From assembly GCA_000708835.1 (NCBI GenBank), contig DF237021.1, positions 124,001 through 188,000 of the forward strand: a DNA stretch of 64,000 nucleotides, read 5' to 3'. A model generated the notes under the pieces. That model ran no database searches. It worked only from the letters and a program-made list of their open reading frames with translations, and had not been told where the DNA came from. The DNA comes from Klebsormidium nitens (taxonomy: Eukaryota; Plantae; Klebsormidiophyceae). Positions within the stretch are counted from its first letter, which is position 1. Every line of letters begins with the position of its first letter. Position numbers and translations under genes: made by a program. Shown here piece after piece: positions 25,208 through 38,765 of the stretch.

Positions 25208-25784
25208 CCATTTTGAAGATCCGGCTTTCCGCGTGTCAAGTCCGATGCAATGCTATCAGTTCAGTTCAACATATGATGCATCCGACCAAGTTGCTGGGAC
25301 TCGATGAAATTCTGGTATCATTCGAGTCAAGAGGTCAGTGATTGCGCGCCTTGGGCAATCCCAATACTGATGACATGTGCAATTGGAAGTGGATCAGCAG
25401 CAAACAACTTTCTATGTTCCATCCGGCTGAGAGAGACCACCGCCTCGTTTCTTACTGTTTGCTGAGAGACGCCTTCAAGGCTGGTTCAGTACTTAAAGTT
25501 GGCCAAAAGACCAGGTCAATTTTGCCTGGAAAGGTCATGCACAAAAACATTCCTTGGTGAAGGGACTGAAACCCAAAGCACCTTCACAGTCGTAATAGAT
25601 ATCTCGTTAATGCCATCCTGTCCAAGACCTGTGCAATCCGCTCGAATGATATTCCTTATATGTAGTGTTTTCCTCGGACTTATCTGCCCACAATCTGGTT
25701 GATATATGACCAAACACATATGCGCAGCATCGCTTATTCAAAAACCAATCTGGTGCGCTAAGATAATGCAAAACCCTTTCGTTC

Positions 25785-28700
25785 TCAAGCCTTCTTCGCA
25801 CGTGCCTCTTCCATCATCTTCACGAAGTCAGCAAAGCCTGCAGAGGACGGGAAGAAGGTACTCAGCTCACGTGACAAAAAGTGCTCCGATAACGCTGCAC
25901 CTAAAGGAATGGCGACACATCAGCTTGAAAACCTAATCATGATGTAGGTGCTCCAACGTGCAAGTACTTCTCCCGTTTCTTTACCAACCGTGCACCTAAC
26001 ATGGACGCATCCTTTTTCAAACGATGATCTAGATCCAAGAGGACGTCTTGTAAGGAAGGTTCCCTCTAAACCCTTGGCAAAAGAACAAACGAAAACCAAC
26101 TTCAAGACAGTCATGGTTATCTTACATCACATGCGAGCAGACTTGAGTAGAGCGCAGATGAGAACGAAGCATCACCTTCGAATCCACCCCAAAACTTACG
26201 GCGACATACCAGGTAAGACGAAGCCAAAAAACATTTCTGCCGGCAATTAGGAGCTCAGAAATGTAACGGACTGCCAGTGACGGCTTTGGGAGAAAGCCTC
26301 GGACATTTGCTGCTCAAATGTTGAGGCGCTTCAAACCGTACAACCTTCCCTCCAGATTTAAACACTTAAGAAGCGGAGAAAGTGCAGCTCACAAGGGTCC
26401 GAGTCGTGGGGTCCCGGAGACGCCTCTGGATGGTACTGGATGCTCATCGCTTGCATGGCGGGGAAAACCATGCCCGCGCACGTGCCGTCGTTCAGGTTGA
26501 TGTGCGTTATCTCGACGCCGTCCGGCAGCGAGTCCGTGTCGACCGCGTAGTTGTGGTTCTGCAAGCATTATTGACACCGTTGGTTAGGGAGGGTGCTAAG
26601 CCGCGACTCGACAATCTTGCAGTGTCAAAACGCCCAAAAGCTTGGTCAAGCTTAAACAAACAGCCAAAAGAATTCCCACTTTCTAAAGTCGGTGAAATAA
26701 GACAAAGTTCAACCCGCTTTTACAATAGCTAAGTGCTACTTCTATCCTTGGGGCTCGGTGGGAGCTTGCTGCCGTCCATCACTTTCCAGAAATGCCGTGC
26801 ATTGCAGGAACCACCGATTCCAAAGTGCGTCAAGTGGGTTGCAACAAACGATCACTCGCTCCCCTATGATTGGATCCATCGCTGATCCTTTCCGCGTTGC
26901 ACTGCGGATTCGAACAGAGAACTTCACACCTTCCAAATGACCGCTGAAACGCACCTGGGTCGCTACCTTTTCCTGGCCGCTGCTCTTCTCTGCACGGAGA
27001 CTGGAACTAAACGCAAATGCTTTCCACCAAGAACCAGTGTCCAATCCTCGGCAGCTGACGGCACGGCGCTGCTCACCTGCGCGCTGATCTCGACTCGTCC
27101 GGTGGCCACTTGCCGGACGGGGTGGTTCCCGCCGTGATGTCCGAACTTCATCTTGAAGGTGGTCCCGCCGAAGGCCTGCCCCAGCAACTGATGTCCCATG
27201 CAAATACCGAACACCGGCACCTGGCCCAACAGGCCCCTGCAAACGGCGAGGGGTCTGCTTATGGATCTGGGGGTTCTCTTATAAATCTGGAAAGCTGTAC
27301 TCTTGGAGAAAGAAAGATTTGGATTGTCGGCCAAATGATGAGCATTGCTGAAAAGTTAATCGGTAGGACGCTTAAGGGAAGGACGTCCTGTTGCCAGTGC
27401 ACGAGAAAGGGCGAAATGCTGGCTCTGTCTGACTTGAAACTGCGTTGGCCGTCGGTGGCAATGATGAAGATCTGAGCCTGGTCATCTTCACACGAAGCTT
27501 TCTCGGGTTTTAGGGTCTTAGGTTTTACTTCTAACAGAACGGTTAGGCCGACCTTCTCTGATAGCAGCGACTTGAGTAAAAGACTACAAAGCAGCGTCGA
27601 CTGCCATCGAGCGAGCGAAGCTGCTAACCGGCACCTCGCCTGAGCTTCTACAATCCTTGAAACCTGAAACCGTATGTTCGAAAGGACCAGTGGGAAGCAT
27701 GTCGGGAACCGCAGGGCTCCAACTCACTTGACGTTCTCCACAGCGTAAGGAACCGCCGACGGGTCTCCCGGGCCGTTGCTGAAGAGGACGCCCTCCGGGT
27801 TCATGGCCAAGACCTCCTGTTGCAGCAGGCAAGGTATTGTCAGGCTGTGTTGCATAAGTTGCGAATGGCTTGGAACTGCGACCCCTGAGGATTTCAGACG
27901 GCTCGGAAGTACGTTTCACCTCATAAAGTTCAAATTCTTAAACTGCATAAGCCAGATTTGAAGCAAGCAAGCTTCGAAGCCGGCAACACGGACATATGGT
28001 CATCTGCAACCACATGCGTTTTAAGAACACGATGGGGCTTGATCGGCTTACTTGATCAGCTCCTCATAATGGACGAGTTCGAAAACATCTTGCTCGACAT
28101 GCTCTGAAGCCAAACTCAACGAATCAGACGCCCCAAAATGGCGCCCAGCAAAGCTAGTCTCGCGAATTCGACCCTTTCTGATTAGCGCACACGTTCCCCA
28201 GACTCCCGTACCTCCGCGGGTGTGGTCGACGGAACGACCGTGATGCGGCACCCGTACGACGTCAACCGCCGAAGGATGTTGTGCTTGACGCCGAAGTCGT
28301 ATGCAACGACGCTGTACCGCGTGTCAGGTCCGGAGTTGGCCTCTGGAGCGAACTCCCACTCATCCCCCGTCTTGTCCTTCCACTCGTACACGCGCTTCGT
28401 GCTGGCGGGAGTGATCAGGTCGACACCTGGAAACGGAACGGAAACGTATCGGAACGGAACCGGAAGTGGACTCTGGTGTCAGACAACCGGTACTGGATTT
28501 CTCAAGAAAAGGGCGATAACTGACAGGATTAAGGGACGCTTTGACACGAATGCCAGAGTGGACTTGAGAAGGAATTGTCCCTGACACATCAAGTCAACAA
28601 GCTCGCAAGACTTCACGGATCGGACCTCCCCTGCTGAGACCCCAGCTGCGCAAGTTGGAGAATTCTACGTCACAGAAAAGCATGTAGCAGACGTGGCGCT

Positions 28701-31323
28701 CACCGACAATCTTCCAGCCCTGCGCCTGCTTGATCAGTTCATCATCCGGGATAGAGGCGTCCGTGCTCAGGACGCCGATCAGGCTGCCGTTGATGCGCAG
28801 CCGCTTCGTGATGGCGCGCGTATCGACCTCGGCTGCATCCAAATTTACCAGAGTTCGGTTTTGGGGGCTTAAGAAGCTTCAAAAATTTCATGGATCTTCT
28901 TGCATGCGCTGTGAACGCTCGACACTAGGTTGACATAACAAGAACCATTCAGTCTGATCTCAAGCATCCGTTGAAGTATCATCCAGCAGGAGAAGTTCGT
29001 GATTTAGGGACTTTGGACAGTTCTTTGAAGAGAGGAACAAGCACCTGGTTAGCACTCTGTCAAATGAATCGAAGCCTATTCTCAAGGACAGGACGCGTTT
29101 TGGCCTATGGATGAGGTTGAGGTGAGATTGGGTGCCAAAGTAGGAGTTTTCGGAAGAAAATTCGGAAGGTATGATTGACTTCTCCAGATTAAGACCAAGG
29201 CTGGTCCAACGAACGGAACGGGAAGAAAGACGAAGGTTAAAGCACGGTTAAAGTGCTCCACCCAACGTTAAATTGGCATTGGAGATCCGGGTTGTGCGAG
29301 AGGGCAACTTACCGATGCCCATCACGCCTTTCTCCTCCAGATACTCGGGCAGAGTCTTCGTTGACCTCCAGTTAGACACCCTGCGGATGGATACCAAAGA
29401 AGGTTTAAGCGGGCACTTTGACAAGACTTGGATGATTTAGACAGCAGCGAGGTCCATAAAAGTAGTTCGTCAAGTTCGTCTGAACGGGCGAAAAAGTTGG
29501 GAGTTGGGAGAGTTGGGAGGGCTATGTATGACAGAGGCTTGCCTGTGACGATGAACTCTGGGCCGTCTTGATTTCAAGCATGTGCATTTTGCCTTGGCTC
29601 TGGATCGTTCAAATTCTTTGCATAAACCCGAAAGGCAAGCCGGTTGCTTACATTGGGCTCAAGCTCCGGATGATCAGCCCACCCGTGTAACATTTCTCGG
29701 ACTCTTCGTCCTCTGCAATAGTGGAAATACGAGTCATATTGCAGGATCCAACAAGCTATCGATGGGATACTTCTAGGCCCGATCAAAACACTCCAGTTCG
29801 AATCTCTCATTCCCTTGCGAACAAGTTCCAAACAAGATGTAAGACATGCCAAATTGCGGAGACACGTCTTTCAGCCACTTATGAGCACGCAGATCTGGGC
29901 CTTCTGCTTATGTTCTGGACACAATTTGAGAGGCCGCAGAATCCAAAACAGCTACTTCGTCTCGAACAGTATTAAGAGCCTGCTTTTACATCCGCAACGA
30001 CCAACATACACGATGATAAAACGGCATTAGTTGTGCCTTGCTTTCTTGTGGCCCTCGGCACTGCAGTCAGACATGAGAACCTGAGATCTACTGGCTGTTT
30101 TTCAAGGTTTGTCATTCCAACCATACGGTGCATATGGAAGCCTTACCTAGGTTGATCCCTGTGTTCCCAATGTGGGGTGTAGTCATCAGAACGAATTGGC
30201 CGGAATAGCTGGGGTCTGTCAAAATCTCCTGGTACCTGCAGGAAGGCGTGTGAAAAAGCCTCAAAACAATGGACCATCAAGATTGCGACTTAGATCCCGG
30301 GCTCGTATGTGGTTTGCACTAATGCGTACGGTCGTCGTAGTCGAAAAGGAAGCAGCAATGGTTCGTGCTGAGAACCCCGTAATTGCCTCAGGAACGACAT
30401 TGCTCCAAGATTCAAAGTCAAACACCGCTGATTTCGATTCCTAAAATTGCGCATATGCCCTGCACACCCTTTTCTAGAGAGTTGCTTCACAACACTGAAG
30501 CTGAAGCGGCCACAAGCTGCAAGTACTACAGCATGGCACCTTACTGCAATCAGTTCGAATAGAACGGGCCACGAGTTGGGCGCGTAAGCAACAATGAGAA
30601 GGCACCAGACCCGTGGCCCGACTCGTCCCAAAAGCGAAAACCCGTTTTTTTGGGCATATGAGGACGCAAAACGAAGGAGCCAACAATCAATATTACTCAG
30701 TTCTCACCCCGTCATCGATGTGTTGAACACCACCTCTCCGACCTGCGTCCCCCTGGCCCCAAACGCCTGCCCCTCCCAAACAGAACCGTCCTCTAGCACC
30801 AACCTCGCGTCTAGTGTAGGGAAGGGCCTCTCGTCAGCTGCAAAAACGCAGCAACATGAGGCCTTTTCAGTACGCCACACTCTCTAGTCACCTTACCATG
30901 TGCATCTCACTTCCAGGAAGTGCATTCCAACCGTGAAAATGAACGAGACAATCTGACCTGTTGCGAGGAGTCTGCCAGTGAGGTATGCGCCAGACATGCT
31001 GTTTCACACAGATTAGGCGAACATGCTCTCAGATCAACGCCGGTATGCACAACCTCCAGTCAGCCAAGAACCAATGCTCTAAAGTCCGCCCACCAAATCA
31101 CGCCAAAGATTACCAAAATTCACCGCCGCTTGACTAGATTCTTGAGAACTAGGGCCACACCTGCTGCTGGCGCTTCGACGGCCACAGAGCATTTCACCGG
31201 GTTATCTCTGACGGCTGGCTGCCGCCTGAGGGCCTGAGTGGGGCTGGAAGCGGAGAATGTGTGGCCAAGGAAAGAAGAGGAAGAGGTCTGAAGGGAAGGT
31301 GAGGCAGGCAAAGCTGCCTGGAC
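25785..31323 (-). CDS. carA: Carbamoyl-phosphate synthase small subunit, plastid; about 11 exons, first (ATG) exon not identified
   Basis: Motifs [96 protein letters not shown] and [14 protein letters not shown]. Last exon 25785-25837. Confidence 0.93.
28429..28469 (-). repeat. (TTCCG)n-like repeat forming the polypyrimidine tract before a carA acceptor
   Basis: Minus strand reads ttccggttccgttccgatacgtttccgttccgtttccag|GTG. Confidence 0.65.
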
Positions 31324-32834
31324 CTGTGAAGAAGTGAGTGGCGCAAATCAGTCAGATAAATGATCGACAGAGAGAAAGATTGAAATGTTTGAAAGGAACG
31401 GGCATAAAACGTGTTATCGTCAAGAGTAAGCCAACCACACAATCTCAATAACTTGTGCTGCTGATCAAGGACAGGTTCCGACAAGTCATGTCCAAACTTT
31501 TGACAAGATATGTCCAGCTTTCAACCCTCAATGTTCTATTCTGGTGATTCTACAAGGACAATTTATGCTGACAAAGTAAGAGCATGGCCACCGACCATTG
31601 TGCTTTGATCAAACTGGCGCTATGTGCCAAGAGGAACTGCAAGAAGCATCTTACTTGGTGTTTTCATACTAAGAATGCAGTGAAATGAAATGCCAGGAGC
31701 ATGCTTCAAATTCCATCCCTTGCTCAGCATCTGGTGGTGCATATGTAAAACGCTATTGACGATAGGAACAGGTAGCCCCAACTTGGACACCAGAAGTGTC
31801 GTACGTTTGCCGATGCTTATTCCAGTCGCCGCACTTTCATGATTGCAGCATTTTTGCCGCACATCACTGCTCTCTTGAGCCTTGCCTGAGAAGACGATTG
31901 ACCATGGAAATCAATTTGACCTGCTTGTCGTATCATTGAGTTTTCTGTTGCATCAGGTTGAGATCTTGACCCAATGCCAGATGGGGCTCACCTTTGAAGA
32001 TCTCAAGGGGATCTGCAGAAATTGGACACCCCCATCATAGTGTTGCTTTGCTATTGGATTTAGAGCGATCCCCCCCAATGGAGACAGAACCCCTGCTCTG
32101 CACACCGAGAAAGCCATCCCAAACAAAAGTTCGCTCGACGCAAGAAAGCTCTAACAGCGCTGCTGTGCTCCACAAACTCGTTACCACCACTGCTTTCCAA
32201 ACACAGCTTCCTGATCGTCCTTGGCTTTGCGTTTACAGCATTGCCTCAGCACGATTGGTTGCTAGAGAGGTAGATCGGAATCTTGAATCTGTCACATGGC
32301 GAATCCCCCTTTCGCAAGTCACGGCATTGGACAGTCTGGCAGTGGAGGTCACGTCTCGAGTTCTTTTTCAGAAGGCTTGAGAACAGCGCCCGCCGCCATG
32401 GCTGCGGCGAACCGCTCAGTCATGGGCTGAAAAGAATCACCGTTACCGCTTTCCATTGGGGAGGGTTTTGCGACCCAGGTTAGCGACTCCGGAAATCGGG
32501 AAGCCGTAACGTGTTGTCCGGTGCCGCCGCAGGGTGGTAACGGTATTTGTGCCACGTGTCGGCTTCGTGTGCATGCGAGCAAACCCTAAAAGGGAAGTTG
32601 CGTCACTCCGAGCTTGCGAAACAATTGCATGGAAGCTTTCTCAGTCTGATTCGGGTTTCTTGCGAGCAATCAGACGGTCGTGCAGATCGCTCTTTCTCTT
32701 CCCAAAGGAAGCGCATCGTCCAATCTGTAGAAAGGTGCAGCAGGGGGAGGATCCAACGCTTTCGAGCTGCTTCTGTAAACTTCTGTACGAGAACGACTCC
32801 TGAAAGCTGCGATATATCGTGCAGGACCATTGCA

Positions 32835-35800
32835 ATGGCTAAGCCAGATGTACTTGTTCTTGCTAAGAACATCCCGCTGATCTTGGACGAGTTGCCACAG
32901 TTCTGCACTCTGCACAAGCTCTATGAGGAAACAGACAAAGATGCATTCATAGCTGCAAACAAGGAAAAGATCCAAGCTATTGTCACTTCATACAATGTGG
33001 GGGCAAAAGCTGACTTGATCTCAAGCCTGCCAAATCTTAAGGTACGTGAATGCAGAATTCTGGGACTATGTTTTCTGTGCGAGGAAACTGGTCCCATTCC
33101 AGATGGGTGTAAAATCTTGATTGTTTGCAGATCTGAGGGCAACTGATCCGTTCAGGACGGATTAAATTATTGAAGCTTGGCAGATCTGGCGGTCGATTGA
33201 TAAGCAATCCATTCGCAGCCGATTAATCCAATCCTTTTGTCGTCCGCAGAGCTTTGAGATATTTCTTTGCGAATGGCATGGCCGATGGTAGGAAGAGATG
33301 GCAGCTTGCGTATTGAAACCCTCAGCTCTATTGTGTCTTTTGTAATTCGTTTTGGGTTCTATCTTTTTGTGGTCTGCTGTTTGGGAGCTCAACGCACCGT
33401 AGCTCCAAAAGAGGGCACCTACGGAAGATTTTGCACCTGTAAGCTTTGGAACCCCACTTTGTGTGCAGAAGTCTGGTGGGTAAGAATTGGTTCTGAATAC
33501 CCCGTCTCACATTCTCAATCTAGCCTGAGTATCACCTTTGATTTGCGGTTTGCTTCATGCTTCAGCTCTCGTCCACATATGAAGCATCTTGTCAGTGCCT
33601 CTGACTTTCATTCTACAGGTCCGTACTGTCAACCGGACAAGTGTGCGAGGATTGTTCGCCCTTTGCCAGACCTACTGTGTATAGTGCAGCGACGATCAGC
33701 CTGATGGTATCAAAGATTCTGAACAAAGGCAAAAACTGTTTTAAGACAGCGGAGGTCATCGAAAGTCCTGCTTTTGCTTTGGATAAGCTTATCTTTGAGA
33801 TCTACAAATACTGTCCAAAAGTCAACCGCGGCCATGTATGCTCAAAATGCAGCAGTTCTGAAGGTTGACTCTGAGGGGCAGAGCAGGCAATTGGAGTCCG
33901 CATCATCCAGTGGGCAAGCATCTTCAAGTGCGCGAATCCACCATCAGACGGGCCACCCAAGCCGAGCTGCGCGTCTTGCTCATTTGTCAATATTGCATCC
34001 TCACCTTGCACTCCTTTGGCCTGTTTCCAACTGGTCAGTCCACACCTTTCCACAACTGGTCATTCCACACCTTGAACATCGCCTGACCGTGTATCCTCGC
34101 TCATTCTGCAGATTATCTGCTGTTTTGGAGTTGGCGTCGACGCCATCGACCTGGGGAAAGCCAAAGAGCTCGGGATTCCAGTCACGAACACGCCGGGTGT
34201 CTTGACGGAGGACACCGCAGACACCGCGCTGGCTCTTCTGCTGACAACGCTACGGAAAGCGTGTGCTGCAGACCGGTAAGTCTGTTCTTCTCAGCTTCGT
34301 CATCGTTCCGTTTTCAATGGTTTCTTTGCTCTTATTTACTGTGACAACCAACGACTCTGAGGCACCGTTTGAACAGATTGGAAGCTAGACCTGCACACAT
34401 GATTCAAAGAATCGTTCTCAGAAAGGGTCAATAATCGGATGCACTCTGCCTCGGTCCCAATTTGCAACTCCTGCGACCAGCAAAAATCCTGGCGGCACTA
34501 CGAGGCCTTCCGTTGGCTCTCTAGAAATCGTTGTCCCCTTGGCAACCAAGACCCTGCTTTTTGCTTTTCGCTTTTCTCTTTTGTTTCCGCTGTCTCGTTC
34601 CTCTCTATAGAGAACGAAGAATCTAGGTTTGTACGAGAGCGTTTAGGGTCTTCTTCGTGCCAAGTTGAGAACTAGACGTCAGTCAGAACGACCGTTCCGG
34701 ATGCCAACACAATCGAGGAAGTCTGTTTCGAACCTTAGAAACAATTCATCACACCGTGCATGAAGCACAGACGCATACCAGGACAAAATGTTTACTCCTC
34801 TGACACTTCAAAATGGTTTCGTACTGGTAAAACGGTTCGTTTTGACTCCCTGCTGCAGATTCGTTCGTTCCAAGTCCTGGTCAAAGAACGACTTCCCCCT
34901 GGCGACTAGTCTCAGCGTCGGCGGCAAGAAAGCCGGCATCGTCGGGCTCGGCGACATCGGCAAAGCGGTCGCGAAACGCATCGAAGCCTTCGGCAGCACA
35001 ATCTGCTACCAAGGCCCGCGGGAAAAGCCCGAGGTCCCCTACAAATACTTCCCTACGGTCGAAGCGCTCGCGAAAGAGGTCGACTTTTTGGTGCTGACGT
35101 GTCCTGGGGGCGCTGCCACGTTTCACATCGTGAACCGGCCGGTGTTAGACGCGCTCGGTCCGAACGGGTTCGTGATTAACGTTGCGAGGGGGAGCGTTGT
35201 AGACGAGAAGGAGCTGGTGCAAGCGCTGGTGGAGAAGCGGATTGCGGGGGCGGGGCTGGACGTGTTTGAGTCGGAACCGAAGGTGCCAGGTAAGTGGAAT
35301 GCTGGTCTCTCGTCTGGGCTGTTCTCGTTTCTTTTCTTGTCTGCAATCAGCGGGACTTTCGGCAGTCAGCGAGGCGGGTACTGGGTGTCATTCTAGTGGA
35401 CGTCGTGAAAACTGCCTCAAGTACGATCTGTAAATCTGGAGTGTCGAAAGGTTGAAATTGTTTCTAAGAGATACAGCATGTTGAGCGTTGACTTCGACAA
35501 CCGCATTGAATAACCTTCTGCAAAGCCATAGGGTCCGTTGAATGTTCGGCTCTTGTGCAGTCAGCTCGTGAAATGGTCAAAACCAAGTGTTGATCACGTT
35601 ATTGTGACCCGTTTGGTTTGTTTCAAGTCTGGGTTTTCGGAACCTCTACTTCACTCAGCTTTTGAGGCCCTCAATAGGTAGAGCGACTGACTTTTCTCTG
35701 AATCTGACTGGGTTTCGGAAGGCTCACCTGCGACGCACACTGATCTCCTCAAAGTAGCATGAATGCTCGGCGGCTCCTCATGGGTTGCGAGGGCCTCGTT

Positions 35801-36351
35801 CGTCTGCCCGCCCTCGGTAGTAAGCGTTGACGAAACAGACGCTTACTACCGTTGACAATCTTCTCGGACCCCTTAACCTCGCACCCAAGATGTTGTTATC
35901 GACGGATGGTTCGATGGATCTCACAAAGGCTGGGGACCTGACAAATCGTCGACTTCCGCAAAGTTCGCACCTAATGAATCGCAGACTGGCCGTGCAACTC
36001 GTGGGTGCGGATGGGTGCGGATTTAAGGTGCCCGAACTTGTCTGATTTAGACGATTCTTCCATCTTCGGAGTCGCGCAATCCACCACGCACGATTGAGTA
36101 TCGTTCAGGTTGAGTAGCCGATTTTGGATCCGGTCAAGACCTCAGCACTCAAGAGTCGAACGTCCTTGACGGATTTGATTGACCTCCAAATGTCACTTTC
36201 TGTAGAGGAGCTGCTGTCGATGGACAACGTCGTGCTGTTCCCCCACATCGGGAGTGCAACGATAGAGACGCGGAGCAATATGGCGCGGCTTATGATGGAC
36301 AATTTGCGGGCCCACTTCGACGGAAAGCCGCTTCTAACGCAAGTGCAATAG
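32835..36351 (+). CDS. HPR2: Glyoxylate/hydroxypyruvate (hydroxyphenylpyruvate) reductase, D-2-hydroxyacid dehydrogenase family; exons 32835-33041, 34112-34275, 34859-35289, 36206-36351
   Basis: Motifs [56 protein letters not shown] and [12 protein letters not shown]. The exons join in frame. Confidence 0.92.
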
Positions 36352-37499
36352 AAGGGGCCGAAGATTCGTCTCGCGCAACTTCTTCTGTTCGCACCTTCTT
36401 GTTCTCCGCGCTCACCTTAGAGCTTGATGAGATGTCGCGGTCTCCGTGAAGATCCGAGTACAACGGGGGCAGGTTCCCCCTAAGAAACGGAGGTGCCTGG
36501 TCAAGCCTCAAACTTGAAATCTCTGAGGTAGCGGTGATTGGTGGCAATTGTAAGCAGGTTTGGCAAATGCACCGTGTGTGTAACCAGCTGATCATGGTTG
36601 ATGAGGTGATTTGATGCGTTCGTAGGGGTAGCTTCGGCTGTTAGGTTAGTAGGTAGCTGTATTTACGATACTGACGCATAAGCTGCCCATCAGAAAGCAA
36701 GCGTGTACAACTTCATTTCGTATCGGTAATCATTCAGAAGTCACCGCGTGCTAGGCCTGTCCGATCGCACAATTTTCGACTTATATCGGAGTCATCTCCT
36801 ATTATGACCTTACCATGGCTTGGTGCCCTGCCGATTGAGATGCACACCTTGTATAACTCGGATACCTATATAGTCTTGATTGCGTTTGTGCATCATGCCA
36901 TGATAGCCGCGTGAAACGTACATGCATCTTGTATATAACGACTGTACTTCAATTGGTGTTGCCCCATGCCTTGCATCTGCGTGAAGTTCCATGCCGAGAT
37001 CCGCATGCTGATCAACCCTAGCGACCCGACTCGTTCAATCTGCACGAAATTGCATGCCAATAATGATTCAACTGATATCTGAGCCTTGGGTTTCTCAACC
37101 GTGCGAATGATGCAAGGTAATTGCCCATGCGCACGCGTCATTGCTTGATACGGTCGCGCGGTTGCGCGACTCAGTGGGGAATCATGACCCTAATCAGTGC
37201 CCTGCATACCTAGAGAGTGCGCACAATACAGCAAGCAACCGTCAGGGGCGGGCCGGCCCGAAATCGAGGAATATTGGAAAAGCTGTTCCGTTGAATCCGC
37301 ATGGATCGTAAAAGCCGGACACCGGAACAGATTGTCTTACTGAATGCATGACTGAAATGTTTGCCAAAGCAGAGGGGAAGAAGATCAGGCAAGGGGGTGG
37401 CGGCCTAATATCAATCTGGCTCAATGGAGTTCCTACTGTGTCCTACTGCTGGCGGTCAAGGAACAACTCAGAGAGCGTCATGACGCGTTCAGAGAGGCC

Positions 37500-38765
37500 C
37501 AGTGTGGCAACCACTTTGGGAGGCTGTGCCCGGATGTCTTTGACTACATCATAGCGAAAGTCGCAAAAGAAAGTTCGCTAGAGCACCTGGCAAGGGTGAA
37601 CAAAGCCTTTCAAGCGGCGACACACCGATGCAGCCAGGCGCTGGTGGTCAGTCCCAGTCTTCAAGTAGACATTAGAAAGAAGAGAAAGTCACAAGTAGAT
37701 GAGCTTTGCAGAGCTTTGAGCAAAGACGTCAGCGTGAGACCAAATCTTTCCAGGCTGGTCTTGCCAAGAGAAGCAGTAGCCCTTAGCCTATGGCCAGCTT
37801 TGGAGAGTATCAAGTGGTCCCACGTGAAGGTGACCTCTGAGGAGAATCTAGAATTGTCACTCGAGCCCTTTTCGATCTCGAGGGAGTCCTTAGAGAGCTT
37901 AGAACTAGAGCTATGTCTGGCGAAGGTTGCGAGATATGACATTGAGCTGGAGAAAGGCTTGCAGCGGATCGTGCAAGCGTTTCCAAAGCTCAGGGAGTTG
38001 AATTTCCACGGAAACGGATTGGCTCCTTTCCTTTCGGACAGCCGTTTTGTTCAAGCAGAGGCCAACACACTGAACAGCAGTCTAACTAATCTGGAGCTCT
38101 CGAACTGCAAGCTACCGCCCTGGCCACTCGTGCTGAGCAGTCTAGATACTCTTACAGCTCTCCGCACGCTACGATTCAGAGGTGAAACCTGGTTGCCAAC
38201 GCAGGAATCCCACTATCCATCAGGTCCAGCGCTTAGGGCTCTTGAGACACTGCATATGGATATGGTCACAGAAGCTCAGCCGGGCCACTATCTTCGTGAC
38301 ATAGCACACCACTGTCCCAATCTCCGCCACCTCCTGCTTCGTACACTTCCCTCCTCTTATAACCAGCCTCCAATTCGGCAGGTGCCTTCACCTGGAAGGC
38401 AGATGCAGGTTTCAGAGTTTGTTTCGCTATGCCCGCACATTGAGCGGATGGCTATAAGCCGGTTTGAAAGGGCCTCTGGACCGGACTTCTCTCGGCTCCT
38501 AGTGCGATTTGGACTGGTCGCAGGGGATGCATATTCTTATTGCGGATCACTTTGTGTGAAGCTGTTTGTCCTGCGAGACGAGGCTTTGGATAGGGAAGAC
38601 CTCTGGAGGACCTCTTGCTCCGTTTCGCTATTCCGTTGTGTGCTTTTGCATACAGACATTTCCACGCTGATCCACAGAGACCAGCCTGGCTTCCTGAAAC
38701 GGCTCGTAGGAGAAGCGGAAGTCGTTTTCGAATGGTACAAACACTTCTGTTCGGGCAACTCGTAG
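37500..38765 (+). CDS. F-box / LRR (RNI-like) protein, one long exon; start codon unresolved
   Basis: The 389-aa ORF is open upstream to 37356. RLCPDVFDYIIAKV...LEHLARVNKAF resembles an F-box. Repeated LxxLxL motifs occur (FPKLRELNF, LTNLELSNC, LTALRTLRF, CPNLRHLLL). Confidence 0.6.
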   Translation, partial: QCGNHFGRLCPDVFDYIIAKVAKESSLEHLARVNKAFQAATHRCSQALVVSPSLQVDIRKKRKSQVDELCRALSKDVSVRPNLSRLVLPREAVALSLWPALESIKWSHVKVTSEENLELSLEPFSISRESLESLELELCLAKVARYDIELEKGLQRIVQAFPKLRELNFHGNGLAPFLSDSRFVQAEANTLNSSLTNLELSNCKLPPWPLVLSSLDTLTALRTLRFRGETWLPTQESHYPSGPALRALETLHMDMVTEAQPGHYLRDIAHHCPNLRHLLLRTLPSSYNQPPIRQVPSPGRQMQVSEFVSLCPHIERMAISRFERASGPDFSRLLVRFGLVAGDAYSYCGSLCVKLFVLRDEALDREDLWRTSCSVSLFRCVLLHTDISTLIHRDQPGFLKRLVGEAEVVFEWYKHFCSGNS

